A DNA stretch of 64,000 nt from Candidatus Latescibacterota bacterium (GCA_965221775.1 CBDCSU010000004.1:928001-992000); one strand, 5' to 3'. Shown: positions 35,439 to 46,305, numbered from the stretch's first letter. Notes: generated from the sequence alone by a model not told the origin. Made by a program: numbers and translations.

Positions 35439-38231
35439 ATGACGCTTTCTCACCTCGGCGAGGAGATCGAGACTGCCAGGCGTCCCGGTCCCACCGAGGC
35501 GGGACCGGAGCCGGAACCCGGCCTTACCCCGGTGGAGGATGCCGGCTCCTGGGAGGTCGACTTCCGGGAAGGGCTGTCGGGCGAGGCCTCGCCCGAGGTT
35601 GGGACCGGCCTTCTCATCTCCTGCACCGGCGCCGGCGAAGCCGTCGTCAGCGCCCCGCACCCACTCCCCGTTCCCGCCGGTACCGCCGCCCTCCGGCTGT
35701 GGATCGAGGCCCCCGGCCCCGGCGACGCCCAGGCGCCCGAGCTCTTCGTCCTCCTGAGCGGAGGCCAGGAGCGCTCGATGGGCCGGCTCGACTTCGCCGG
35801 CCGTCATCTGCTGCGCCGCACCCTGCCCTCCGGGACGAGCATCGCCGGGCTGGTGATCCGCGGCCTCTTTCACCGCGAGACCGCCGACATCACCCTCTCG
35901 GGGCTCGCCTTCGAGGCGGAGGAGACCCAGCCCCTCCCGCCCGCGGCCCCGAGGGAGCCCGCGTCGATGCGGCCCTCCACCTCCGAGGAGGTGACGAACT
36001 CCATCCAGAAGGACGGCATCTCCTTCGTCTTCGAGGCGCGTTCCCTGTCGGCGGTGGTGCGCTACGTGTACACCCCGATCGAGGGCAACCTCTCCGACTT
36101 CGAGGTGGAGATCAACAACGGCGACGCCATCAAGCTGGCCGAGGACGGCGGCATCACCGTCTCCATGGAAGGGCGGGAGTGGAGCCCCGAGGACGAGCAG
36201 ATCGAACGCCACTTCGTCAGTTGCGAGCGGGTGGGCGACGCCGTCGAGGCGCGGTGGCAGTTTCGCCGGGGTAGCGAGCTGGCCGACTTTCTCTACCGGG
36301 TCCGCATCCAGGGCAAGTCCCTCGTCGTCGAGCTCGAAGGCGGCGGCGGCAGGGCCTCCGGCGTCGAGCTCGGATACGTGGTGGGAGCGATCCATCCGCG
36401 CCTGATCCAGGTCCCCTATCTCAATCTCGGAGACCGGCAGCCCAACGTGCTGTGCACCTCCGGGGTCTTCGTCAGCAGCTGTCTCGACTTGTGCCGGTCC
36501 CGGGCCTCCTCCCTGTACGCGGCCCCCGCCGAGGCCGACCAGCTCATGCACCTGAATGGCGGCTGCCGGTACCTGCCCGCCTCCGATGGCCGCCGGGCCG
36601 CCCTGCAGGAGTGCTGGATCCTCACGGTGTCGCGCCGGTTCGAGGAGGTTCTGCCCTCCCGGCCCGCGGTGGACGAGGCCGAGGGGCCGGCGCCGCTCTC
36701 CAAACGGTCGATCTGGTGCCAGCTGCCGGAGATGGAAGCGGGCGAGGAGGCCTACATCGAGGCCTACGAGCGCCTGCGCATGTACCGCCAGGTCGGCCTG
36801 CGCGACCTGCTGGTGCTGCATCCCGAGTCGACCTGGCACGACGGCCTCGGGGGCCCTGCCATCGACACGGTGGGAGCCGATGCCAAGGGCGGCGACGACG
36901 CCCTTCTGGAGTACCTCGAGGCGGTCCGCGAGCTCGGCTACGAGTACGCCCTGAACGCCTCCTTCCGGCAGATCTCCCCCCTCGACGAGGCGTGGCCGGA
37001 GGCCCCCGCCGCCCTCGACGAGTCGGGCGACTACATGGTGACCGGCCCGGGGCGCTACCTGCTCAAGCCGGACGCGGCCGCGCCCCTGGCCCCAGGACGC
37101 GTCGAGCGGCTCGTCAAGCGCTATGGGGCCTCGGCGGTGTACCTCACCGATCACGCCGCCGCGCCGCCCTGGGCCCGTCTCGACCGTGACGTCCGCCTGG
37201 CGGCGCCCGCGAGCTTCCGCCACACCTGGCAGTGCGAGCAGGAGCTCCTCGCCGCCCTCCGCCGGCAGGACGTGCCGGTGGTGGCCGACGGCGGCCACCA
37301 CTGGCTGTACGCCGGCCTGCTCTCGGGCGCGGTGGGGCGTCTCCGGGGCGAGTCCCCGGCGCGGCAGCCGCTCCTCGTCGACTTCGACCTGGGCTGGCTC
37401 CACGACCGCCAGACCGACGCCGGCCTCGGCGCCCCGGAGGAGTACTTCGGCGAGACGATCCCCACCGAGGAGCGCCACGCCCGCAGCGCCTGGTTCGACC
37501 GCTACCTGGCCGCCGTCGTCGCCTGCGGCCACGCCGGGCTGCTGCCCGACCTGGAGCGCTGGGGCCTGCCCGCGGTGGCCAAGACCTACTACATGCTGCG
37601 CGCTCTCCAGGACCACTACCTGGGGGTGAAGCCCGAATCGATCCACTACCAGCGCGGCGGCAATCTGCTCGAGACCACCGAGGCCCTGGTAGCCGGCGCC
37701 CACGAGCTCAGCCAGATCCGGGTGGTCTACGCCAACGGCCTGCAGGTCCACGTCAACGGCGCCCGCGAGGAGGAGTGGGTCATCGAGGCGGAGGAGGAGA
37801 CTTCCTACCGTCTGCCGCCGGCCTCCTTCCTCGCCCGGGGTCCCGGCGGCCTCCTCGTCTATTCGGCCGATGCCGGCTCGGGGCGGATCGACTACGCCGC
37901 CTGTGCCGAGTATCTCTACTGCGACACCCGGGGCCAACGCATGACCATGGGCCCCCTCACCCTCGACGGGGCGGCCGTTCTGACCCACGAGGACTGGGTG
38001 ATCGACATCTACCCCCTCGACTGCGACGAGCCCCTCGAGGTCGATCCCACCCTCCTGTGGAAGGACCGCCGCATGCCGCCCCTGCGGGTCCTCGCCTTTC
38101 GCGACGATGCGGAGGAGCCGGAAGTGGTGTCGGCCAACGCCTCGGCCGAGGGCATCCGCCTGGCGCCCCAGGAGGACGTCTGCCGCTACCGCATCACCCT
38201 TCCCGAGTGGATGATCGAGCCGGGGAAGTGA
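35439..38231 (+). CDS. Large (930 aa) acidic hypothetical protein with a glycoside-hydrolase-like (GH101/GH129/DUF5696-like) barrel
   Basis: Long ORF with genome-typical codon bias, AAGGA RBS and no signal peptide. Motifs KGGD, LGY, VYLTDH...PW, VVADGGHHWLYAG, LVDFDL. The family call is from pattern recall only. Confidence 0.75.
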   Translation: MTLSHLGEEIETARRPGPTEAGPEPEPGLTPVEDAGSWEVDFREGLSGEASPEVGTGLLISCTGAGEAVVSAPHPLPVPAGTAALRLWIEAPGPGDAQAPELFVLLSGGQERSMGRLDFAGRHLLRRTLPSGTSIAGLVIRGLFHRETADITLSGLAFEAEETQPLPPAAPREPASMRPSTSEEVTNSIQKDGISFVFEARSLSAVVRYVYTPIEGNLSDFEVEINNGDAIKLAEDGGITVSMEGREWSPEDEQIERHFVSCERVGDAVEARWQFRRGSELADFLYRVRIQGKSLVVELEGGGGRASGVELGYVVGAIHPRLIQVPYLNLGDRQPNVLCTSGVFVSSCLDLCRSRASSLYAAPAEADQLMHLNGGCRYLPASDGRRAALQECWILTVSRRFEEVLPSRPAVDEAEGPAPLSKRSIWCQLPEMEAGEEAYIEAYERLRMYRQVGLRDLLVLHPESTWHDGLGGPAIDTVGADAKGGDDALLEYLEAVRELGYEYALNASFRQISPLDEAWPEAPAALDESGDYMVTGPGRYLLKPDAAAPLAPGRVERLVKRYGASAVYLTDHAAAPPWARLDRDVRLAAPASFRHTWQCEQELLAALRRQDVPVVADGGHHWLYAGLLSGAVGRLRGESPARQPLLVDFDLGWLHDRQTDAGLGAPEEYFGETIPTEERHARSAWFDRYLAAVVACGHAGLLPDLERWGLPAVAKTYYMLRALQDHYLGVKPESIHYQRGGNLLETTEALVAGAHELSQIRVVYANGLQVHVNGAREEEWVIEAEEETSYRLPPASFLARGPGGLLVYSADAGSGRIDYAACAEYLYCDTRGQRMTMGPLTLDGAAVLTHEDWVIDIYPLDCDEPLEVDPTLLWKDRRMPPLRVLAFRDDAEEPEVVSANASAEGIRLAPQEDVCRYRITLPEWMIEPGK

Positions 38232-38247
38232 TCCTCCGGCCGGCGCG

Positions 38248-39312
38248 TTGACCCTCCCCTCCCCGAGCCCCGAAGCGCCCGCCGAAGAGCCCCTGTTCCT
38301 CGCTGCCTGCCGCGGACGGGCCGGCCCCCGGCGGCCGGTCTGGCTCATGCGTCAGGCCGGCCGCATCCTCTCCCCGTACCGCCAGCTCAAGAAGCGCATC
38401 GGCTCCATGGAGGCCATGTTCCGGGATCCCGCGGTGGCCGCCGACGTAACCCTCATGCCCATCGAGCTCCTGGGCGTCGATGCCGCCATCCTCTTCGCCG
38501 ACATCTTCACCCCCGTCCCTCCCATGGGCTGCGCCGTCACCTTCTCGCCCGCTCCGGTCCTCGAGTACCACGTGGCCGGCGCCGCGGACCTGGCGCGGCT
38601 CCGCGAGATCGACTCGGAGCGCGACCTCGGCCACGTGGCCGAGACGATCGGCCGCGTGCGCCAGCGGCTCCCCGCCGGGGTCCCCCTCATCGGGTTCGCG
38701 GGGGCGCCTTTCACCCTGGCCACCTACATGGCCGAGAGCGGGCCCCGCTCGCGGGAGTTCAGCGGCTATCGGCGGCTGCTGCAGTGCGACCCGTCCACCG
38801 CCCTGGGCCTGCTCGACAGGCTCACCGAGGTGAGCATCGACTACCTGTCCATGCAGGTTCGCGCCGGCGCCCAGGCCCTGCAGTTGTTCGACACCTGGGT
38901 GGGGAGCCTGTCGCTGGCCGACTTCGAGTCCGTCGTCCTCCCCCGTCTGCAACGCATCTTCCGCCACCTCGACGCCCTCGGCGTGCCGGCGATCTACTAC
39001 GCCAACCACGCCGCCCACCTCGTCGACGCCCTCGACCGGGTCGGCGCGCACATCCTCTCCCTCGACTGGCGCATCGACCTGGGCGCCCTGTTCCGGCGTT
39101 GGGACGGCCGGATCCCCCTGCAGGGCAACCTCGACCCGGCGCGGCTCTTCGCCCCCCCCGACCGGGTGGAGGAGGAGGTCCGGCGGCTGCTGCGGACCAC
39201 GGAGGGGTACCCTCACCTGTTCAACTTGGGCCACGGGGTCCATCCGGAGACCCCGTACGCCAGCGTGGTCCGGCTGGTCGAGACGGTTCAGGGATACGGC
39301 CGGGAGAGCTGA
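38248..39312 (+). CDS. hemE: Uroporphyrinogen decarboxylase
   Basis: PVWLMRQAGR, DAAILFADI, LIGFAGAPFTLATY, QLFDTW, LQGNLDP, FNLGHG. Confidence 0.96.
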   Translation: MTLPSPSPEAPAEEPLFLAACRGRAGPRRPVWLMRQAGRILSPYRQLKKRIGSMEAMFRDPAVAADVTLMPIELLGVDAAILFADIFTPVPPMGCAVTFSPAPVLEYHVAGAADLARLREIDSERDLGHVAETIGRVRQRLPAGVPLIGFAGAPFTLATYMAESGPRSREFSGYRRLLQCDPSTALGLLDRLTEVSIDYLSMQVRAGAQALQLFDTWVGSLSLADFESVVLPRLQRIFRHLDALGVPAIYYANHAAHLVDALDRVGAHILSLDWRIDLGALFRRWDGRIPLQGNLDPARLFAPPDRVEEEVRRLLRTTEGYPHLFNLGHGVHPETPYASVVRLVETVQGYGRES

Positions 39313-39315
39313 GAA

Positions 39316-39552
39316 ATGTCAGGGACGGAGATCGAAGAGAGAGGCGTGACCCGCCGTCACACCTTCTTCTGCGTCGACCGCGAGCGGCACGGCGGCAACG
39401 CCGGGTTGATCGAGGCGGTGCCGAAGCAGATCGTCGTCTTCGGAAAGACGATCGAAGGCTGGATCATCACCACCGAGAGGCCGGTGATCGACAAGACGAT
39501 CACCCTGGCCGAATCGGTGGAGGGCGTCGCGTCGACTCACGACCCCGAGTGA
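39316..39552 (+). CDS. Small hypothetical protein, 78 aa
   Basis: Starts 3 nt after the hemE stop, GGGAG RBS, GC3-biased codons, fills the gap to the convergent gene. Confidence 0.6.
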   Translation: MSGTEIEERGVTRRHTFFCVDRERHGGNAGLIEAVPKQIVVFGKTIEGWIITTERPVIDKTITLAESVEGVASTHDPE

Positions 39553-39567
39553 AGGGGTCGGGGGCCT

Positions 39568-40038
39568 TCAGTCCCAGCGAAAGGCGCCCTTGTGCCAGCG
39601 CGCCCAGCGTTGAGGCGGATCCTCCACCTCGTCGCCTGGAGCCATGAATTCCCCGCCGAAGTCGGAGCGCTCCTGGTAGCCCTTCCACAGGCTCGGGAAG
39701 TCCGCTTCGAGCATCTCTTCCACGCGGTTGCGAATGCCCTCGGCATGGTAGGTGAGGAGGCGCGCCGACTCCCGGCGGCCGGACTCCTGGAGATGCTCCG
39801 CCATGGGGGTGCTGATCCACAGGACGAAGCGCACCTTGTTGCCCTCGGCGAGCTCGAGCCCGACGCGGTAGGCGGGATAGGAGACCTGCAGCCCGAGCAC
39901 CTGCAGGCGCAGGCTGAGCCACTCCCTCTGGGTTACGGTCCTGGGCTTGTCCAGCTCGACGTCGGCGAGCTCCGAGGCCGCCGGAAGGGCCCCGCAGAGA
40001 AGGCCGAGGGCGGCGGCAAAGCCTGATATCCGCCTCAT
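39568..40038 (-). CDS. Exported hypothetical protein
   Basis: GGGGAG RBS; signal peptide MRRISGFAAALGLLCGALPAAS; codon bias. Confidence 0.75.
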   Translation of the reverse strand: MRRISGFAAALGLLCGALPAASELADVELDKPRTVTQREWLSLRLQVLGLQVSYPAYRVGLELAEGNKVRFVLWISTPMAEHLQESGRRESARLLTYHAEGIRNRVEEMLEADFPSLWKGYQERSDFGGEFMAPGDEVEDPPQRWARWHKGAFRWD

Positions 40039-40069
40039 GGGCTGCTCCCCTCGCCCCGCCGGGACACGC

Positions 40070-40612
40070 TCAGCGATCGTCCCCGGGGCGCGTGAAGTTC
40101 TCTTCCATGAAGATGAGGATGTCCCGCAGGGAGATGAATCCCACGGGGCACCAGTCCTCGTCCACCAGCGGCACATGGCGGAAGCCGTGAACCGCCATCA
40201 TGTGGAGGGCGCGGCTGACCGGGTCGGAGGGCTTCAGCGCCGTCGGTCCGGGCGTCATCAGGCTCTCCACCGGCACCGCCTCCAGGTCCTCGATCAGGCC
40301 CGCCACCCGGTAGAGCACGTCGCGCTCGGTGAAGATCCCCACGAGCTCGCCGCCGGGGTTGGTGACCAGCACGCAGCCCACGTTGCGGCCCTTGAGCCGC
40401 GAGATCGCCTCCGCCAGGGAGGTGTGGCGCTCGACGCTCTCGGGAAGGCGGGGGTTGAGGCTCAGAAGCGGTTGCCGCAGGATCGAGGACTCCCCCTCCT
40501 CGACCTCCCCGGGAGCGACCAGGCTCTGGCCGCACTCCTCGCACAGGTCCGTCCCGGCTATGTTGACGTGCCCGCAGGCCGGGCACAGGACGCCTTGGGA
40601 GGCGGCCTCCAT
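40070..40612 (-). CDS. Zinc-ribbon plus CBS-pair protein
   Basis: CPACG..N....DLCEECG, then GIFTERD...VESLMTP...GFRHVPLVD. Confidence 0.9.
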   Translation of the reverse strand: MEAASQGVLCPACGHVNIAGTDLCEECGQSLVAPGEVEEGESSILRQPLLSLNPRLPESVERHTSLAEAISRLKGRNVGCVLVTNPGGELVGIFTERDVLYRVAGLIEDLEAVPVESLMTPGPTALKPSDPVSRALHMMAVHGFRHVPLVDEDWCPVGFISLRDILIFMEENFTRPGDDR

Positions 40613-40617
40613 GGGGG

Positions 40618-41631
<1,014 letters not shown>

Positions 41632-41653
41632 CTGCTTGGCTCCGCCGGGTTCG

Positions 41654-43525
41654 TCAGTCGAGGATGGAGCGGATCTTGTCGGAGATCTCACGGATTTTGA
41701 AAGGCTGCCCCTGAACCTTGTTGAGGGTTACCACCCGCACCGGGAAGCGGGCCTGGAGCAGCATCGCCAGCTGCCCCATGTTGAGCTCGGGCACCAGCAC
41801 CTGCCGGTAGCGGCCGATGACGTTGCCCAGGTTCCTCGGGAAGGGGTTCAGGTGGCGCAGGTGGAGGCTGGCCACGGACCGGCCCTGCTGCTGCATGTGC
41901 TCCGTCGCCGCCCGGATGGCCCCGAAGGTCCCGCCCCAGCCGATGACCAGCAGGTCGCCCCGGTCGGGGCCGAAGACCTCCGCCTCGGGGATGGAGTCGG
42001 CCACGCGGGCCACCTTGTCGGCGCGGATGCGGACGATCTCCTCGTGGTCCTCGGGGTCGTAGGAGACGTTGCCGCTGCCGTCCTGCTTGCCGAGACCCCC
42101 GATCCGGTGCTCCAGCCCCGGGGTCCCCGGCAGCACCCAGGGCCGGGCGAGGGTTTCCGGATCACGCATGTAGGGTTGGTACCCGTCGGGGTCGGTCCGA
42201 TGGGCGGCCTGGATGGGGGGGATGGAATCGACGTCGGGGATCCTCCAAGGCTCGGAGTTGTTGGCCAGATAGCCATCGGACAGGAGGAAGACCGGCGTCA
42301 TGTGGCGGACCGCGATCCGGCAGGCCTCGATGGTGAGGTCGAAGCAGTCGGCCGAGGTCGCCGCCGCCAGAACGGGCATCGGACTCTCGCCGTTGCGCCC
42401 GAAGAGGACCTCGAGCAGGTCCGCCTGCTCGGTCTTGGTGGGCAGGCCCGTGCTCGGGCCGCCGCGCTGCACGTTGATGATCACCATGGGCAGCTCGAGG
42501 ACCACGGCGAGGTTGATCCCTTCGCTCTTCAGGGCGATGCCGGGGCCGCTGGAAGCGGTGGCGGCCAGGGCTCCCCCGAAGGCGGCACCGACGACCGATC
42601 CGATGGCGGCGATCTCGTCCTCCGCCTGGAAGGTCCGCACGTCGAAGGACTTGAGGGCGGCCAGGCCCTCGAGGATCGGGCTGGCCGGGGTGATCGGGTA
42701 GCTGCCGTAGAACAGCGGCTTGCCGGCCTTGTGGGCCGCTGCCGCCAGGCCGAGGACGACCGCCTCGTTGCCGGTGATCCGGCGGTAGGTCCCGGCCTCG
42801 ACCTCGGTGCGGCTCGGCACCTGCATGCGCCCGGAGAAGGCCTCCGATGTCTCTCCGAAGGCGTATCCCGCCTTCAGGGCCCGGGTGTTGGCCTCCACCA
42901 CCTGGGGGCGCTTGGCGAACTTCTTCCGATAGAAGTTCAGGGTCGTGTCGAGGGGACGGTCGAAGAGCCAGAACGCCAGGCCCAGGGCGAAGGCGTTCTT
43001 GCACAGGTCCTTCTGCTGCGTCGTCATCCCCTCCACGTCGGCCAGCGCGTTGCGCGTCAGGGTGGTGAGGGGAACGCGGTGCACTTCGTATCCGCGCAGG
43101 CTGTCGTCGTCGAGGGGGGAGGAGGCGTACCCCGCCTTGCGCAGGTTGTTGCGCGTGAAGGCGTCCTCGTTGACGATGATCACCCCTCCAGGCCGCAGAT
43201 CCTCGAGATTGGCGGTGATGGCCGCCGGGTTCATGGCCACCAGCACCTGGGGCTCGTCGCCGGCGGTGTAGATCTCGGTGGAGGAGAAGTTGACCTGGAA
43301 CCCGGACAGCCCGGGGATGGTCCCGGCCGGAGCCCGGATCTCGGCGGGAAAGTCTGGGAAGGTCGATACGTCGTTGCCCAGGACGGCGGAGGTGTTGGTG
43401 AACTGGTCCCCCGTGAGCTGCATGCCGTCACCGGAATCGCCGGAGAAACGGATGACGACGGAATCGTGTCGGCGCGTGGTCGCGTCACGCACGGCGGACG
43501 GCTCGGCGGCCGGCGTCTCGGCCAT
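41654..43525 (-). CDS. korA: 2-oxoacid:ferredoxin oxidoreductase alpha subunit (gamma-alpha fusion)
   Basis: FSGDSGDGMQLTG, AEIRAPAG, YPITPAS, QAEDEIAA, QRGGPSTGLPTKTEQ, PELNMGQL. Confidence 0.95.
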   Translation of the reverse strand: MAETPAAEPSAVRDATTRRHDSVVIRFSGDSGDGMQLTGDQFTNTSAVLGNDVSTFPDFPAEIRAPAGTIPGLSGFQVNFSSTEIYTAGDEPQVLVAMNPAAITANLEDLRPGGVIIVNEDAFTRNNLRKAGYASSPLDDDSLRGYEVHRVPLTTLTRNALADVEGMTTQQKDLCKNAFALGLAFWLFDRPLDTTLNFYRKKFAKRPQVVEANTRALKAGYAFGETSEAFSGRMQVPSRTEVEAGTYRRITGNEAVVLGLAAAAHKAGKPLFYGSYPITPASPILEGLAALKSFDVRTFQAEDEIAAIGSVVGAAFGGALAATASSGPGIALKSEGINLAVVLELPMVIINVQRGGPSTGLPTKTEQADLLEVLFGRNGESPMPVLAAATSADCFDLTIEACRIAVRHMTPVFLLSDGYLANNSEPWRIPDVDSIPPIQAAHRTDPDGYQPYMRDPETLARPWVLPGTPGLEHRIGGLGKQDGSGNVSYDPEDHEEIVRIRADKVARVADSIPEAEVFGPDRGDLLVIGWGGTFGAIRAATEHMQQQGRSVASLHLRHLNPFPRNLGNVIGRYRQVLVPELNMGQLAMLLQARFPVRVVTLNKVQGQPFKIREISDKIRSILD

Positions 43526-43579
43526 CAAAGATCCTCCTGCTGGACGGGGATGGTTCGCGGGGGTGTGGGAACCACGAGG

Positions 43580-44050
43580 TCAGGCTCCCTCGCGGGTGCG
43601 GGGGATCAACTCCGGGTCCGGAGGGAGATTGTAGACCTCTCGAGGGAAGTGATCGGTGAGGTAGCGGATGACGGCGTGCTGGCTGAGATTGCCCACCACC
43701 CGGCCCTGGCCGTCGAGGACGGGCACGTTGCGGTAGTGTCCCTCGCGCATGAAGTGGAGGGCGTGCCCGGCCGTGTCGTCGGGGGAGACCGTCTGCGGGT
43801 CGGGCGTCATGAGCTCGCGTACCGGGGCCGCCAGCCGGGCCGGATCGTCGGCCACCTTGAGGAGGACATCCCGTTCGGTGAAGATCCCTTCGAGGCGGCC
43901 CTCCTCGCCGACGATGAGGGCCGCGCTCGCCCGGGCATCGCGCATGGCGGCGAGGACTTCGGCGACCGTGGGATCCCCCGAAACCTGAACGGATCCGCTC
44001 AGATCGAGATGGGAGATCCTCTCGTCGCGCAGGTCTTCAACCAGATTCAT
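43580..44050 (-). CDS. Stand-alone CBS-pair protein
   Basis: GIFTERD, VRELMTPDP, YRNVPVLD, C-terminal VYNLPPDP...REGA. Confidence 0.9.
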   Translation of the reverse strand: MNLVEDLRDERISHLDLSGSVQVSGDPTVAEVLAAMRDARASAALIVGEEGRLEGIFTERDVLLKVADDPARLAAPVRELMTPDPQTVSPDDTAGHALHFMREGHYRNVPVLDGQGRVVGNLSQHAVIRYLTDHFPREVYNLPPDPELIPRTREGA

Positions 44051-44091
44051 CGGTCCGAGGGGGGATCGGCGGAAAGATCAACAGCTGCAAG

Positions 44092-44119
44092 AATATACCC
44101 CACCCCCCGAAACCGTCAA
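44092..44119 (-). promoter_or_regulatory. sigma70 promoter of the CBS-korAB-CBS operon
   Basis: TTGACG-16 nt-TATATT. Confidence 0.7.
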
Positions 44120-46305
44120 GAATGCCGCGGATGCAGCCTCACCACGAGGTCGGCCAAGGCCTCCAGATCACCTGAACCATCGGCCACGAGGAGGCTCACC
44201 CCTCGCGAGGCGAACTGCAAGAGAGCCTCCGCAACCCGGCCTGCCGTCTCCGGCCGGCAACCCGCCGTGGGCCGGTCTAGCAGGAGCAGCTCGTCCTCCC
44301 GGGCCCTCACCGCATGGCCCGCAAGGCGGGCCAGCAGGCGCTCCGCCTCCTCGAGCCCGTCGACCCCCTCCCCCAGCCGCCGCTCGGCCAGGCCGTAGCG
44401 GACCGCCGCCGCGAGAGGCTCGTGCACGCCGCGCTCCCTCCTGAAGTGGGCGGCGCCCTCCTCGACGGTCATGGCCAGGACCTCCGCCACGTTCACGCCT
44501 CGCCCGGTGACCTGGAGGACCTCTTCGCCGAAACGCCGGCCCTCGCAGCGGGGGCAGGTGGCGGCGAAGTCCTCCATCACCTCCAGCCGGTGGCGTACCA
44601 CGCCGGCCCCCTCGCAGTGGCTGCAGCGGCCGCCCGGCCGATCGAGGAGGAAGCTCCTAGGCTCGAGGCCGAGCCCCTCGGCCGCCGGCCCCCGGGCCAG
44701 CAGCCGCGCCAGGGGCCGCATGGCACCGAGCCGGTCCATGAGCACGGCCTGCTCCCCCGCCGGAGAGCGAGCCTCGGCGCCGACATCGATGCAGCGCCGG
44801 ACGGCCGGCGCCCGAACCGGCCGCACCGGGACATCCCGCCCGGGGGACAGGGCCCTGAAGATCAGATGAAGGAGTGCGGTCTTCCCCGAGCCGGTGGGGC
44901 CGGCGAGCAGCGCCAGCCGTCCCAGAGGGATGCACAGCTCCGGCCCTGGCGGCACGGGCCCCGTATCGCACCCGGCGGGCGCCTCCCCCACCACCAGATC
45001 CAGCACCTCGTGAGCGGCGGGCGGGCGGGCGGCCCCCCGCAGGGCCGCCGCCGTTGCCGACGGCGCGGGACCGATGTGGATCACCTCGTCGGCCCACTCA
45101 CCCGCGGATGGATGGCCGTCGACGACCACCGCGGAGTTTCCGCGCTCGACGAGACGGCGCAACCCGCGGGCGACCCTGTCGCGCGTCGACCGATCGAGGG
45201 CGGAAAGCGGGGACAGCACCACGTGCAGGATGCCGCTCAGGCCGCCGGAGAGGGCGGCGGCCAGGCCCAGGAGCAGTTGCTCACCGTGGGACAGGTCGGC
45301 CACGGGCCTGGTGAGGGGAAGTTCCTCCAGTCCGAGATCCACGGCCCCGGCGAGGGCCCGCAACAGGCGGCCGGCCGGCTCGGGCCACCTCGGCTCCGCC
45401 TCCTTCGCCAGATCGGCCACCTGCCGGAGGCGCGCCTCCCGGGCCCAGTCACCGAGGGGCCGGCCCTTCAGCTCGATGGACTGCGGGCCGTCCTCCTCCG
45501 CGGCGGTCACCCGCTCCCAGTCCGGCTCTTCGCACTCGGCGCCGCAGCCGCCGCAGGTCAGGCGCGGCCCCGTCCAGACCTCCTGGCCGTCCTTCTCGCC
45601 GACGAGCAGGCTCGCGCCGCTGGCGAGGGCCCGGGCGTTGCGCACCGCCTCCCCCACCCGGGCCCGGGTCCGCGCCGCGCCGGGCGCAAGGCGATCGACG
45701 ACGACCTCCAGCCCCTCCTCGGCCAGGGCATCCTCGTCGACCTCTTCGAGTCGGTGGAGACGGGTCCCGGCGCGCAGACGGCGGAACCCGGCGCGGCCCA
45801 GCTCGTCGAGAACCCCGGGCCGGGATGCGGCGTCCTCCAGCTCCATCGGCGCCACGAACCAGACCGTCTGGGCGGGGAAGCGCTCCTCCAGCAGCCCGGC
45901 GACCCCCTCTTCGTCCAGGGCGGCGCAGCGGCCCCCGCAGCCCGGGCAGCGGATCTCCGAGAGGCCGCGCGCGAGCCTGGAGAGATCGCCGTAGAGGTGC
46001 AACTGTGTACCCACGGTCCGCCCGCCGGGCGGGGCGGGCAGGGCCTGGGCAGGTGGCAGTCCCTCGATACCGTCGACCTCGGCGGCCGCCCCGACACCGC
46101 CGAGGCGGGCCCGCTCGAAGGGAGACATGGACAGCAGGTAGCGCCGCCGGCTCTCGGCCAGCAGGACCCGGTGGGCCAGGGCCTCCACCCCTGCGCCCAT
46201 GGCCCCCGAGAGACAGACGATCCGGCCAAGGGGGATCGTCAGGTCCCCCCCCGGCAGCGGGGGTTCGCGGACCCCGCGCAACCGAATCGATCCGGTCGGC
46301 GTCAT
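44116..46305 (-). CDS. Divergent, shortened UvrA-like protein with degenerate ATPase motifs
   Basis: IRLRGVRE..DLTIP, AESRRRYLLSMSPFER, VDGIEGLPPA, LEVVVDRL, GGRCSHCEG.G, CPRCEGRRF, NVAEVLAMTVEE follow UvrA order. Walker and signature motifs are altered. Confidence 0.85.
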   Translation of the reverse strand: MTPTGSIRLRGVREPPLPGGDLTIPLGRIVCLSGAMGAGVEALAHRVLLAESRRRYLLSMSPFERARLGGVGAAAEVDGIEGLPPAQALPAPPGGRTVGTQLHLYGDLSRLARGLSEIRCPGCGGRCAALDEEGVAGLLEERFPAQTVWFVAPMELEDAASRPGVLDELGRAGFRRLRAGTRLHRLEEVDEDALAEEGLEVVVDRLAPGAARTRARVGEAVRNARALASGASLLVGEKDGQEVWTGPRLTCGGCGAECEEPDWERVTAAEEDGPQSIELKGRPLGDWAREARLRQVADLAKEAEPRWPEPAGRLLRALAGAVDLGLEELPLTRPVADLSHGEQLLLGLAAALSGGLSGILHVVLSPLSALDRSTRDRVARGLRRLVERGNSAVVVDGHPSAGEWADEVIHIGPAPSATAAALRGAARPPAAHEVLDLVVGEAPAGCDTGPVPPGPELCIPLGRLALLAGPTGSGKTALLHLIFRALSPGRDVPVRPVRAPAVRRCIDVGAEARSPAGEQAVLMDRLGAMRPLARLLARGPAAEGLGLEPRSFLLDRPGGRCSHCEGAGVVRHRLEVMEDFAATCPRCEGRRFGEEVLQVTGRGVNVAEVLAMTVEEGAAHFRRERGVHEPLAAAVRYGLAERRLGEGVDGLEEAERLLARLAGHAVRAREDELLLLDRPTAGCRPETAGRVAEALLQFASRGVSLLVADGSGDLEALADLVVRLHPRHS

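Noticed and set aside
35280-38348. 1022-aa minus-strand ORF (likewise 53020-56112 +, 41597-44398 + and many other long Arg/Pro/Gly-rich ORFs)
   Set aside because: These are high-GC shadow frames of real genes, with no motifs and no RBS.
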